Positions 14,180 to 26,525 of a DNA stretch of 64,000 nucleotides are shown piece after piece (position 1 is the stretch's first letter; each line of letters begins with the position of its first letter). The DNA is taken from contig OX597825.1 of NCBI GenBank assembly GCA_951406725.2, positions 44,268,001-44,332,000 on the forward strand, in the 5' to 3' direction. The position numbers and the translations under genes were made by a program. The notes under the pieces are model-generated. The model was not told the origin of the DNA and did no database searches. It saw only the letters and a list, made by a program, of their open reading frames with translations. The DNA comes from Octopus vulgaris. Its lineage: Eukaryota.

Positions 14180-14330
14180 ACGGGAAAATCTTGCCAGTGC
14201 TACATAAAATTGTAGCTCTTGTCAAACCCCAGGACTTACTCCTTGTTATCTTAGTACTTACTCTATCGGTTTCTTTTGCTGAAAGTACGGAGACAACAAT
14301 GGTTGTCAAGCGATGGCAGAGGAACAAACA
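14180..14330 (-). mobile_element. SINE family C fragment
   Basis: ccccaggacttact...ggttgtcaagcgatgg is homologous to 6040-6160. Confidence 0.7.
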
Positions 14331-14505
14331 ACAACTATCATTAAGCAAGAACAGGGAGAGATTTAGTGGATGAAATTAGTTAATTAATTAATTAATATTG
14401 CTTACAATTGTTTCAATTCACATTCAGCGGAGTATTTTGAGTAGAAATCACTAGGGCGAAATTCAATTTGAGTATCTAAACCTCTTATAGGGATGGTTAC
14501 CCCCT

Positions 14506-15013
14506 CGAAAAAGAAAGGAAAAAAGAAAGAAGGTGGACAACAATGGTTGCCCACCGATGGATCCTGAGGTGGCGGGACATGAAGGACATGAAGGAGGAAC
14601 TCCACCTTGCCGTCGTAAAGGAGAAGAAAAAGGAGAAAGAAAAAGAATGGAATATCGCCGGCGGTTGATGGTAAACTGTCGACATGCCCGGAAACATTGT
14701 TGGTGTGCCACCGACAGAGGAAACTGAGACCCCTTCCAGGAGATATGACTTTGTCATCTTCTTCCAGAAGGAAGGGGCAATACAGGGTTACATAGAGAAG
14801 TTGGATGACCAGAGGGAGGAGCCCATGCGCTGGACAGGGGACGAGGATTGGCCATCGCAGGTGACTACGAAGGTCATATCGGATGTCGATATGGCCAGGG
14901 CGACGGACACCTTCTCGAAGGACATGTTTGGGTATGCCTTCTGGGGCCTCGACCTGGAGCTGAAGCAATGCCTAAAGGAAGCGTATAGCCTGGTCGGGGA
15001 GGAAGGAACCTAA
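14506..15013 (+). pseudogene. GC-rich coding-like segment of unknown family (109-aa open part 14684-15013), probably TE-derived
   Basis: GC-rich island. The frame extends upstream through two stops into a K/E-rich stretch. The stop is followed by ~49-bp tandem repeats (15012-15131). Confidence 0.4.
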
Positions 15014-15295
15014 TTGCCTCAGCTATGTGTTTTAAATTGTAAAAACTGTTGTAAGAATTTATTGCCTCAATTATGTGTTTTAAATTGTAAAAAACTATTG
15101 TAAGAGGTATAATACCTCATTTTGTATTTTTCTGAAGAACAATGTTTTAGAGAAGCAAAAGTCGGCGAGCGTTTTTTTATCTTCTCCCATCCTTATCATC
15201 TTCGTTTCATTATCATTCACTTCATTAATATTCTTGTCCAGCCCGCAAAACTACACTCTATGTACTACTTTTAAGGCAGTTATAATGAAATAAAG

Positions 15296-15405
15296 TAGCT
15301 TGCTTACCAACCACATGGTTCCGGGTTCAGTCCCACTGCATGGCACCTTGGGCAAGTGTCGTTTACTTTAGCCTCGGGCCGACCAACGTCTTGTGAGGGG
15401 ATTTG
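15296..15405 (-). mobile_element. SINE family C head fragment
   Basis: gcttaccaaccacatggttccgggttcagtcccactgcatggcaccttgggcaagtgtc matches the family C head. Note it reads as the head on the + strand, so the strand call is doubtful. Confidence 0.6.
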
Positions 15406-16240
15406 CTCCAGGACTTTGTTTTGTTCCTGAGGACAGTTTTCTTTATATGGCCAGGCTCCAGGCACCGATGACACCTGAGGTGAGGCGACCCTCAAGAATC
15501 ACCGGGTACCTGCACCCGGCTATTTTCAAAAAATCTGGCATAACCAGATTCATGGCTCATTAGATCCACAGGGTCAAAACAGCTTTTGACCCAACCGAAT
15601 CAGCCGCAGGAAGAATTTTCACATTGAGGAGCTTGGCCCCACTTCCACCCAGACCCCGGGTTCAATTCCGGGTGGCAAACCACAGACCTCGTCAACTTTT
15701 TCCCACAATAAGTGGGAAGAAACAAAATTTCTCTACACTCAAGGGGCTGGCTCGCAAAACTGCGAGCCTCCTCTGGGTTGTCAAATAGCAACTAGACTGT
15801 TGCATATTTGACACCCCTAGAGATATACTTAATGATTGGCAGATGTTCACCAACTCCTGCTCAGTCAGCTGCTTGGAGAAGACGGCAATGCTGTCTAGAA
15901 CCTTCGAATACGTTCCCAATACCACTGTCCTCTCATCTTGCTGTCTGAGCCACTCCTTAGGTGGGACAATCTCCCACTCTACAATCTTATCCGTAATTTT
16001 TGCCATGTTTTAAATTAAAATGACCAAAACAATAATTAACAAATTTCAAAAAGAAAAGAGACAAATCAAAAGGAAACAAAAGGGAAGAAGAAAAAAGCAA
16101 ACACTTCAACAAAGAGAGTCACAATTAAAGAAGAAAAGAAGAAAACAACAGTTCAACAAAACACAGCAAAAAAACTTCTGGGTATTCAGGTACTCCAAGC
16201 TCTATGGTACTCCGATTAGAACCTAGACTGCTCCACCTGA
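15405..16240 (-). pseudogene. L1/Tx1-type LINE 5' end: T-rich 5' UTR plus frameshifted ORF1 with zinc knuckle
   Basis: MAKITDK...DERTVV, FDNPEEARSFASQPL...ILFLPTYCGKK, PVILEGR and CHRCLEPGHIK..NCP. Similar to 53965-54325 and to the ORF1 at 63000-64000. Confidence 0.7.
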
Positions 16241-16509
16241 AATACAGTTTTCCAATTATTGGTAAACGTTGTTGTAAAAATACACACTATTCACAAAAAG
16301 TGATCAACTTTTGGTGGCAGGAAACGCCTCCAAACTATACTTCTCACAATGACAACACTTTTTTCACTTAATGTGAACAATATTGCTGAACTGCAAGCAG
16401 ACTAAAGTCCTGAATCCAGTGAGGACTCCTTGTTTGTAAAAAATATTACCACAGACAACAACCCTCAATGCACCCAAGAGACAAAAGCCTTACCTTGCAG
16501 CGGCTACTT

Positions 16510-16548
<39 letters not shown>

Positions 16549-16564
16549 TATATATATATATTCA

Positions 16565-16775
16565 TTTATTCTTTTACATGTTTCAGTCATTTGACTGCAA
16601 TAATGCTAGATTGAAGGTTTTTAGTCGAACAAATGAACCCTAGGACTAATTTTCCTTTAAACCTAGCCCTTATTATACTACTCCCTTTAGCCGAACTGCT
16701 AAATTACAGGGTCGTAAACGAACCGACACTGTTGTCAAGCAGTAATGGGGGACAAAGACAGACACAAAAACACAC
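16565..16775 (-). mobile_element. SINE family C 3' half
   Basis: Homologous to 5980-6170. Another decayed copy lies at ~38630-38725. Confidence 0.7.
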
Positions 16776-17879
16776 AGACATACACGCGTACGCACACACA
16801 CACACACACGCGCGCGCACACACTCACACACACACACATATATATACATACAGAAAGAGAGAGAGAGAGAGAGAGAGAGACGGAGAGAGAAGAAAGAGAG
16901 ATTGCTTTTAACTAAAATCGGTTTTTGTGACAACTACAATTTTGACTTCGATCTATTTCAGGCAACTGTTCCCTGCAGTTTGTAGTTTTAGGTCAAACGT
17001 AAGAAATTCTTCATATCTTCCATAATTGGTATTTCGATGTTCGTTCTTATTAAACAACACTACAATTATTTTAACGCATTTCTGATGAATGTAATATTAA
17101 TGTTAGTGATCATAACTTAAGTTGCTTTTCAATAATCTTATAATATATTTTTATATATTTTGAAAATTTTCAATATCGTTTAGAATTTGTCTTCGTACAG
17201 TTGTTTTCAGCATAAGCGTGACACAATGGACTCATACACTAGTTAAAATAACAGTTGTTATAAATATAGATTACTATAATAATATTTCTTTTATCTTAGG
17301 TAGAATGTTGTAAGAAGCTCACAACGTTACCGAAGCTCACCATGTAACCAGTCCAATATTTTTGTTTTTCTATGTTTACTACAATTTTTTTTCAAATTTG
17401 TCTTAGAAACTCTATCATTACGAATTAAAAAATAAAATATATTAGCTGGATTTTCGGAATAGCTGTTTTATATAAATCGAAATTTCTTGTTTTGTCTTTT
17501 CGAGATTTTCCCACATTTTATAAGTACACCACATTTACTTTAAAATAAAACTTTTACTTCATGTGTTTGTTTTAAAAATCTACCCTTCCCCTCAACGTAC
17601 CTTTGGAACACAAGCCACCAATATTTTCTTTTCTTTCTTATAACTTTTCGTCATGTTGTAGTATTCCACATCACATTTTGAAATACTTGTAATGCGTATT
17701 TTTATAGAAAAAGTTCTGGAAAATTATCATGCATAAATCGGAATTTCTTCATTTTTTTGTGGAGGATTTTAACCGTAAAAATTAAAATGAGGTGAACAAA
17801 GTGTTTCCTCCGTAAAAACATGTATCAGAAGCGTTTTAAAATGTGGAATACTATAACATTAAAGATATATTGTGCAGTA

Positions 17880-19848
17880 TATTTAGAATAATCAAATTCA
17901 GTTCACAGTTAGATGTGACTCTTTTGCCAAGCAATAAAGTTTGATTCTTGAATATATTTGTTTCGTCAAAAATTAACGTTTGGTTCAAGAGCTATTATTT
18001 GTAGGACAACTAGAAACAGATGCAAAAGAGGACATAAAATATTTCGTATCTGAGAAATAGATCAGACACCGGTGGTAGGTTGTCATCACTGCCCCATCAA
18101 TTTATACCTAGCGTGTTTACAACGCACAGTCAACATCTGGTTGCAAATAATCTAAGTCTTAGACTTAACAAATTGTTGAGCACTGTTATCACAGCAATGA
18201 ATAGAATCAAAACACATGCTCTCAATTCCCCGCTGTTTAAACAGCTCTGTACTGAGATCGATAAAGTTTTTGAACATTTGTTGTTGCACTCAGAAATTCA
18301 ATAGCCTGTCAAAGGCAAACTATCTGAGAGTTTCTTATTTCTTTATTGCCCACAAGGGGCTAAACATAGAGGGGACAAACAAGGACATACAAAGGGATTA
18401 AGTCGACCCCAGTGCGTAACTGGTACTTAATTTATCGACTCCGAAAGGATGAAAGGCAAAGTCGACCTCGGCGGAATTTGAACTCAGAACGTAACGGCAG
18501 ACGAAATACCTATTTCTTTACTACCCACAAGGGGCTACACACAGAGGGAACAAACAAGGACAAACAAACGGATTAAGTCGATTATATCGACCCCAGTGCG
18601 TAACTGGTACTTAATTTATCGACTCCGAAAGGATGAAAGGCAAAGTCGACCTCGGTGGAATTTGAACTCAGAACGTAACGGCAGACGAAATACCTATTTC
18701 TTTACTACCCACAAGGGGCTACACACAGAGGGGACAAACAAGGACAAACAAACGGATTAAGTTGATTATATCGACCCAGTGCATAACTGGTACTTATTTT
18801 ATCGACCCCGAAAAGATGAAAGGCAAATTCGACCTCGGTGGAATTTGAACTCAGAACGTAACGGCAGACGAAATACCTATTTCTATTCCTTTACTACCCA
18901 CAAGGGGCTACATACAGAGGGGACAAACAAGGACAAACAAACGGATTAAGTTGATTATATCGACCCCAGTGCATAACTGGTACTTATTTTATCGACCCCG
19001 AAAAGATGAAAGGCAAATTCGACCTCGGCGGAATTTGAACTCAGAACGTAGCGGCAGACGAAATACAACTACGCATTTCGCCCGGCGTGCTAACGTTTCT
19101 GCCAGCTCGCCGCCTTACTATCTGAAAGTTTCTATAACCTTTCTAAAACAGTTGTTGAATTCTTGCCGGATTCTAATTATTTTTAATTATTATTTTTTTT
19201 TTTTGTGATGAACTAAAAATCATTAAGCATGAAATTGCAGATATATTCGCAAAGTTCAATGCATTTAATTTGAAACTGCCACGAAATGAGGTTGAACTTT
19301 ATCACGCTAAAATCAGCAGTCTCCATGTTTCTGTGCAAGTTATATTTATTCAAAGTTTTTTCCAGTTTCCGAGCCTCTCAGAATTGGAGATGGGAAAAGC
19401 GCATACCAGAAGATGATATTCAGGTGTATTATTCATACCTGGATGTGCTGCATAGATACATGTCTAGCAGATTTCAGTATATTTATATTTGCTTAAAATA
19501 ATGTTTTGGGTGAGCCCCAGATATCAGTAATGAGAAAGCAAATATTGTGAAGGAAGAACTGATTCCACCTTAAAATCGCATCGTGGTCAAAGCTCAAAAA
19601 ATCATATTAGGATTTTTGATTGCAAAAGGACATTTCTGACTGCTACGCAGCACTGTGGAACAATGTCAAAATCTACTTTATTATCTTTCAAATATCATAT
19701 TTAGTAGAACTGGGTTTCATTGCAGCTGCCCAGTTTCTTTCTAAGACTGGAAATTATTGAATGCGGGGATCTACGACTACTTCTTCGAGCCTTTCAGTCA
19801 GATGTCGAGAAGGCGATATCCCTGTATAATGTACAACCATCGCATTAA
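17880..19848 (+). pseudogene. hAT (Buster/Charlie-group) transposase relic interrupted by a SINE array
   Basis: QELLFVGQLETDAK, HSQHLVANNLS..LFKQLC..HLLLHSEIQ (cf. LLLHTEVRWLSKG), ADIFAKFN, SYLVELGF, GDLRLLL...VQPSH*. Confidence 0.85.
18336..19116 (-). mobile_element. tRNA-derived SINE family A tetramer (one head plus four ~180-bp bodies) with a single TSD
   Basis: Head ggcggcgagctggcagaaacgttagc. Four copies of gagttcaaattcc...gcctttcatcctttcggggtcgataaa. 17-bp TSD actatctga(g/a)agtttct at 18319-18335 and 19117-19133. Confidence 0.92.
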
Positions 19849-21596
19849 AAGTATGAAAACAACGTAGTAACAGGTGAGATGTAAATTTACTCTTTCGTAT
19901 TGTAAAAACTGCAAAATAATGGCTTAACTAGGTTAAGGTATGTTGAAATTCATTTCTAGATCTTCGAGTTGAGTAGCCAATGGTCTCTAAATTAAGTGAT
20001 AAGCTTTATACGTGTTTGCTGGAGAATGATACGTCTATTGAGAATAAAGTTTCAGAAGCTTCTGTATCTCAAATAACAACGTCTCCTAGCGTTCTTTACA
20101 CCATGCTGTTGAAAGGATGTGAACAATCTAATCTGCTTCAGCTTTATCTCAAGTATCGTAATGACCCTGCCGAAAATTTCAGGTGTCAAGCCTGAAAAGT
20201 GTATCCTGGAATGGAAAAAATGTGTTTAAATATGAGTCCTATTATGTTGCTTTCATCGAAATGTCAAAGGGATTATGTAGCTCAAACATATTTTAAAGTA
20301 CATCCTTCTCTTAACCTAATCACACTGATGTCAATAATCTAGTAAGAAAAATTTTGACGAAGTCATCATATGTTATTCACACATTAATAGCATATACCAC
20401 TGACAATTTCACTGCAGATTAGAGAGCTATCCATTCTACTATTTTGGCAAGATTCTGCAAAGTACTTTTACATTATTTAAAATATAACTAGAAAGTCTAT
20501 ACTAAATAACTAAGGGCCTGCAGAATCAATCAAGATAGTAGTGTAGATATTGCAGTCGTTTCTTCAGTTTTGTAGCACACTCTTTTCTCGGGATTGTAGA
20601 GCACATTCTGCTTTCAAATTGCTCTTTGACTTGTTTGCCAAATTACCAAGAATCCGGAAACTGGACAAGTTATTAACCAATGCCAAATAATATAAAAATA
20701 TACTATTTACTCACTAAAATTACGAAATATACTATTCGCACGTAGCACAATGCATTAGGTACCTGATTGTTTATAAACATGGTTGAAAGCAATAATATTT
20801 CATATGGAATGAAGTTTTCAAGAAAAGTTTTATAGCTTTCTATTAAACCAAATATACTTCATAAAGATATATATATATATACGTTCAGCAAAAATTTAGA
20901 TTCAAATGAGTATGGTACTTAATTTAGATGCATCAGAATTCTGTATGGTGTTATCCATAAAAATCCGTGGGGTGATTATAATCAAAATAAGCAACAAGAA
21001 TGACTCCGTTAATTTGGTAGATCGTTACGTACTACATCATTTTATTAAATGTTGTAAGTATTACAACAGTTTTAAAATGTTGTGCACTCATCAGCCAATT
21101 ATAGAGGTTTTCCATTAATGCAAAAATTTTCATATCAAGTGGCAACATTATAGGGAAGGTAGATACATAGACAAAGATGTGGATTTAAATTTTAAGAACA
21201 TTTGAGGTAGTGGAGCCCATCAACTGACTGACTAAGATTCAGTTGTTCCAGACTACTGTAAGGTCAGGAAGAACAAATGAAAAGAGACAATAGAGATTTT
21301 CTAATTATAGAAATGGGGTAAAGGGGATATCATAGCTCCATATAAGGAATTTATGTAGAAGACAGCATTGTCACAACTAAATGCCAATTACTACTATTTG
21401 ATGAACAGATTCAGCGTTAGGAGAAGCTAGGTCAAAGTCAAATGGTCACAATAACATTCACAGAGGATGCAGAGACCTTACAAACCCTATGCATATCAAC
21501 ACAACAGTTGATCTATAAGTTCCAAGTACTTTGACACGTTAGAATAAAGGAAAAATATAATCTAAAATTTATTCAAATTTGGAGAAAGAGACTAGG

Positions 21597-22073
21597 TTAA
21601 TTATATATTAAGAAATGGGAGTGAGATAATCACGATAAACCAAATAGTTTCCCTAGGGACATAGGATTAATGCTACTTAGTATTGGAGAACATTATAAAA
21701 AAGAATTTAATTCTAAGTTTGCAATGAAGTTTTTTAATTATTTATGGGTGTTAAACTAAAACCAGTATGGTATATTCGTTCCTATTTGGTTAAATATACT
21801 TTGTAAAGATATCTTAGACTAATTATATATTAAGAAATGGAAGTGAGATAATCAAGGTGAACTGAATAGTTTCTTTAGGGACATAGGATTCATACTATTT
21901 AGTATTCCTACTATTTGGGATTCATACTATTTAGGGTTCCAACTATTTAGATTCACAGAGTTTAATTTTAGAAAAAAGAAGAATTCAATTTTAAGTTTGC
22001 AGTGAAGTTATTTTAGTCATCTATAAATGTTAAATTGAAAGTTAGTATGGTATATTCCTTCTTATTTGGTTAT
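21597..22073. repeat. Two diverged direct repeats (~200 and ~250 bp) downstream of the PLE stop codon
   Basis: taattatatattaagaaatgg(g/a)agtgagataatc...agtatggtatattc..tatttggtta at ~21597-21793 and ~21821-22073. Confidence 0.8.
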
Positions 22074-22116
22074 AAAGAATTAAAATTTGAAAAATATAGG
22101 AATATTCACAAAATTA

Positions 22117-22757
22117 TTATTTAAAGTATTTAAACGTACGATGTATACAAGATGCTCCCAGCTCCAAACGGTTATTCAACAGATTTGTATTACCCTGATG
22201 TTTCAAAATTTCATAAGTTTCCATATAACAAAGTTGACAACCATCCCTACTATTTCTATAAGGTTGCGCTCTTCTAACTATATCCCATTTTTGGTTGAAT
22301 TCTATATTTTTTGTTTTTAGTTCCCAAATTTTACTAGATAATGTAGTGCAACCTACCTTATGTTTGAGCCTAAAATAGGAAATATGATTGTTTAGACGTT
22401 TTTTAAAATCTACCGAACAACCGAAATAAAGAAAGCTATTGTTTGAAGTTATCGTGCATTTATAAATTACCTTTTGGACCGAACAACAGCCAGATACCGG
22501 ACATTTTGATCTAATCCTACAATTACAACTGGGGGGGATAGTGTCCGGTACTGGAATTATTTAAGGACAGTTCACTTCCATTACTGTTATTTAAATTATT
22601 GTTAGTATTAGTATTATTTTCACTATTAGTAATTACGTTGTTATGCAAACTAGAGTTACTCATTATTAATCCACCCTCATTATTATCACCTACCATACTT
22701 TTATCTATACCATCTATATTATTGATATTGCTATTATCACTATTTACGTCAATGTTA

Positions 22758-22821
<64 letters not shown>

Positions 22822-23460
22822 CATCATCATTATTAATATTATTATTATTATTACCATTATAATAATAATAATTATTATTATTATTATTGCTATTTTTACA
22901 ATTATTATTACTATCATTGTTGTTACAATTCATTCTACTCCTAGCTAACTTAATGTTTTTACTATTAAGTCTAGCTATTATGGTAGCTATATCTAGGAGA
23001 GTGGAATATGAAATTCTCACTGATTTCCTAGAAATTATTTTATGATATTTATGGGAGGCTGGAAAATTTTTTTCCAGTATAGACATACATTTACTGTACA
23101 CATTCGTCGAGATCGTACAATTAAAGGGGATATTTAACCAGATGACATTTTCTCTTTTATGTTTTTTTGTTTAAGTAAGAGTGGGGAGGATTAGTTTTAT
23201 CAGTATTCATACGGGAATTATTATTCCTTTTAGAATTATTTTTATGCCTATTGGGTTTATCTAGGTTCGCATTTTCATATTTATTTATGATCTGTTTACT
23301 ATTTCTATTCTTATAATTAGGTTTATACGCTAGGTTCTTTTCCTCGATTGATTTATGTTTATGTAGGGTATGAGAGTTTATATTACTTAAGTTATTTACA
23401 TTCACTATATTATTTAGGAGATTTAAGCTATCAATATCTTGGAAGGTGATTCCCTGGTCA
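22117..23460 (-). mobile_element. 5'-truncated Penelope-like element: RT thumb/linker plus GIY-YIG endonuclease
   Basis: Hand translation: VIWLNIPFN..KNFPASHKYHKIISRKSVRISYS, an Asn-rich linker, then CNCRIRSKCPVSGCC..VIYKC..LYFGCSVDFKKRLNNH..TTLSSKIWELK..CQLCYME..LLNNRLELGASCIHR..stop at 22117-22119. Confidence 0.9.
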
Positions 23461-23604
23461 TATATATATAAGGGATAATGGTATCATTGAGACCCAAAGG
23501 TGCCAGGTAATGCTGAATAAATGCTATAGACAGACCATAGTTAATTTCCAGATTCGGTAATATTGAAAATAAAGGGTTCAACGTTGGTTCTATGTCAGCG
23601 TGAG

Positions 23605-23892
23605 TATATAAGAATTTTTTGCGTAATAAGATAAAAGACCAAGGCTGTGTAGATATTAGAGCATTTATAGATAGGTCTTGCAGCTGTTTCTAGGATATTT
23701 ATTAATTATATCCCTTCATTGGAGACGGTGTGAGAGGATGAAATGGCTTAACCATCCTCTCATACCGTCTCCGATGAAGGGATATAATTAATAAATATCC
23801 TAGAAATAGCTGTAAGACCTTCTATCTATAAATGCTCTAATATCTACATAGCCTTGGTGTTTTTATCTTATTACGCAAAAAATTCTTATATA
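23605..23892. repeat. Fold-back element (~136-bp arms, 12-nt loop) carrying a hammerhead motif
   Basis: 23605-23740 is the reverse complement of 23753-23892; (TA)n follows the right arm. Confidence 0.92.
23767..23818 (+). ncRNA. Type I hammerhead-like ribozyme motif (variant core CCGAUGA)
   Basis: gtct-CCGATGA-a-gggatat/atatcct-a-GAAA-tagctg-TA-agac. The antisense copy at 23675-23726 has GAAAcagctg but a mutated core. Confidence 0.6.
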
Positions 23893-24099
23893 TATATATA
23901 TGTGTGTGTGTGTAAAAAGAGATAGAGAGAGGGAGAGAGAGAGGGAAAGAGAGAGAAAGAGAGAGATATGAAGTTTATTGTAATTTTAGGAAATCATTAC
24001 ATGACATCTAATAAGATGACCTGCCAACTTTTGATTTTCTATATTGAAAGAAACGTCTGTACAAGTAATTTGAATACACCTTACTAGACACTGCTTCTC

Positions 24100-24772
24100 A
24101 AAAGTAACTGTCGGGACAGTTGGAAGCTTGTGCAACAAAGTTTTGTGATAAATTGTGCAAAAACGTTATCGAAATGTATTAGATACTCCCTACTGCTTAT
24201 GGATTAACTTTTTTCGCTGGCACAAGAGATTGAAAGAGCAGGTGAGAAACAACAAGAAGTGTGGGAGTGAGAGGGACGTCAAGCCATCAGAGCAGTTTTA
24301 AAAAATCACAGTTTCCTGAATGAAGACCGTTGTGTATCTATAAAGACAATACGCATATAGTTTGGAGTTGGTGAGGCAACTGTACATGGAACCATTCATG
24401 AAGATATGGACATACCGCATGCGCAAAATTTGGGCAAAGTTTGTTTCCAAGGTGTTCAGTGACGAGAAACCTGGTAACCAACTACTTAACAAAGAAGGGC
24501 ATCAAAACTGACCTTCACCTTCCCTACAATCCAGATCTGATTGAGAGCCTCTGGGGCGGTCAATTTGAAGATGGAAGAGACTCTGAGGAGAGCCCTGGAT
24601 ATATCTTCATTTTGAAAGACTTCCACGGAGGCTGTACAAAGTAGCTGGAGCGCTACAAGTGCAACGAAGTCAGAGGATCTTGCCGTGAAGGAAATTAGAG
24701 TTTTGTACTTCTTTACGATTAATAAATGTCTCCCCCGAAAAAAGGCTGAAAGCGTCTGGAAAGCACCTTGTA
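24100..24772 (+). mobile_element. Internally deleted mariner relic
   Basis: GVGEATVHGTIHEDM..MRKIWAKFVS. Its 3' region resembles the relic at 45190-46330 and ends ...gcaccttgTA. Confidence 0.65.
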
Positions 24773-25328
24773 GATACATACATACAGACATAAATGCACA
24801 CACACACACACAAATTCAAATTTTGTGCTTAAACCGACTCAATAATGTAAACATTATCAATATCACATACTTAATTTGTGTGTTCTTAAACACTACAAAG
24901 CTGTGTATTGCGTTTAATGAGGATCCGTTTAAGGACGTATAGATTAAAAAATTCAGCATACTTACTCCATCTCTGAAATGACTCACTATAGCCAGCCTGT
25001 ATACAAGTATGTATACAAGTAACGTAAAACCTATGTGTAAAAGTGTCGAATAAGCATGGCAAAAGTCAAATTGGACATTTTTACCGTGGAAAATCACACA
25101 TAAAAGGTAAGACTGGAATTTGAACACGGGCCCACAAAAGTTGTATTACTGCTTACATTAATTAAAACCAAGTAATATGTAATGTTTTGTTGCTGAAAGG
25201 TTTCGACAATCACAATTAGCAGCAGTTGTACGTTAATCAAGTCTCTCACTAAAACTCTTGCCAGGATGTGTCATTTCTATGCTTTTATATTACTTTAAAA
25301 ACATTTTTAAAGTGTGGGGAGAGAGAGA

Positions 25329-25390
<62 letters not shown>

Positions 25391-26525
25391 CTGGAATTAA
25401 CACAGTTTTCAGCGGGAAGCAGTACGGAAGAAAATAGTAAAATATAAGCATTCTGCAGTCTAGCAGCAGCTGTGAAGTGACTTATATAGCAATAAATATG
25501 AATATATAGAGATTGATTGTTTGGGATTATTTTGCTAAGTGACTAAACAGAAGCCTTGATGTTGACTTTTACTGTTTAGTTGGGGAAATAACAAAATTAC
25601 AAACTGAAAGCTCAAGTTAGATATTATACTGAAAATAATAAGAATAAAATGTTGAAACAAATCTGTAATAAATGTCAATATGAGTTTATGCATGCATTTA
25701 TGATAATGTTTGCCTTTTGATATTTGTGTGAGGGTGGTTGATTTGTTTTTATAGCCTAATTAGATTCACACCCCACCGTTCTTTCATAAAGCCTTTTATA
25801 CTGGTCAGAATTACATTACTAATAGCAGCATACATTTCCCTGCTATTGAAATGCTACAATGTACCAGCCTGTAACCACAATATTGATCCAGACCATCGCA
25901 TTCCTTTGAAACATTTTGTCTCATAAAACTTTCGATCATACCTTTGATCCATTCATTACTAGAATGAAATACCGTGAAAAACCTGAAAATGGCGTGCATA
26001 AGAATCTTCAAATTGAATTCAAAATGACATTTATTGTGCCACATAATCTGCTCATTCAAGCGGCGAAAACGTTGCAAGTTTTCAGTGAGGAAACTGTTTC
26101 TTTTGTCTCTTTTTAAATTTTACCAGAGGAAACGTTTACAATCATGTGATATTGAATTCTCGTAAATTGAGTTGTAAATTTCATTTTATTTATTTAAATT
26201 TGATTTTTACTACGACATTTACTTGATGTTGGAAGATGAAAACTTAAGTGATGCAAGTCAGACCAGTGTCCCAATCTATCAACTACAGAGGAATGGAATT
26301 CAAACTACAACCGCGACAATACAGGAATTTGAGACATTGAGTTACCACTTGTATGTTACTGGAAAACATCGTATTCTCTTACTTTAATTATGTTGGCCAA
26401 TTATGCACTTATACATTGTTGATATTTAAAAAACATTTAGATTCTGGTTGTTTCATTTGATTTCACCAAAAACCATTTTAGTGGTGTACATAAGTAGTTT
26501 TTGGCAGAGCAGAGTATAAAGCAGG

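Noticed and set aside
18336-19116. Repeat array as CRISPR or as a hammerhead retrozyme array
   Set aside because: Units are whole SINE bodies without unique spacers, and gacgaaatac has no upstream CUGANGA.
23605-23892. All five transition mismatches between the arms are G-U wobbles on the + strand, suggesting a fossil ADAR editing signature
   Set aside because: Five events is weak evidence, and the other fold-backs (580-851, 48319-48644, 52873-53379) show mixed G-T and A-C mismatches.
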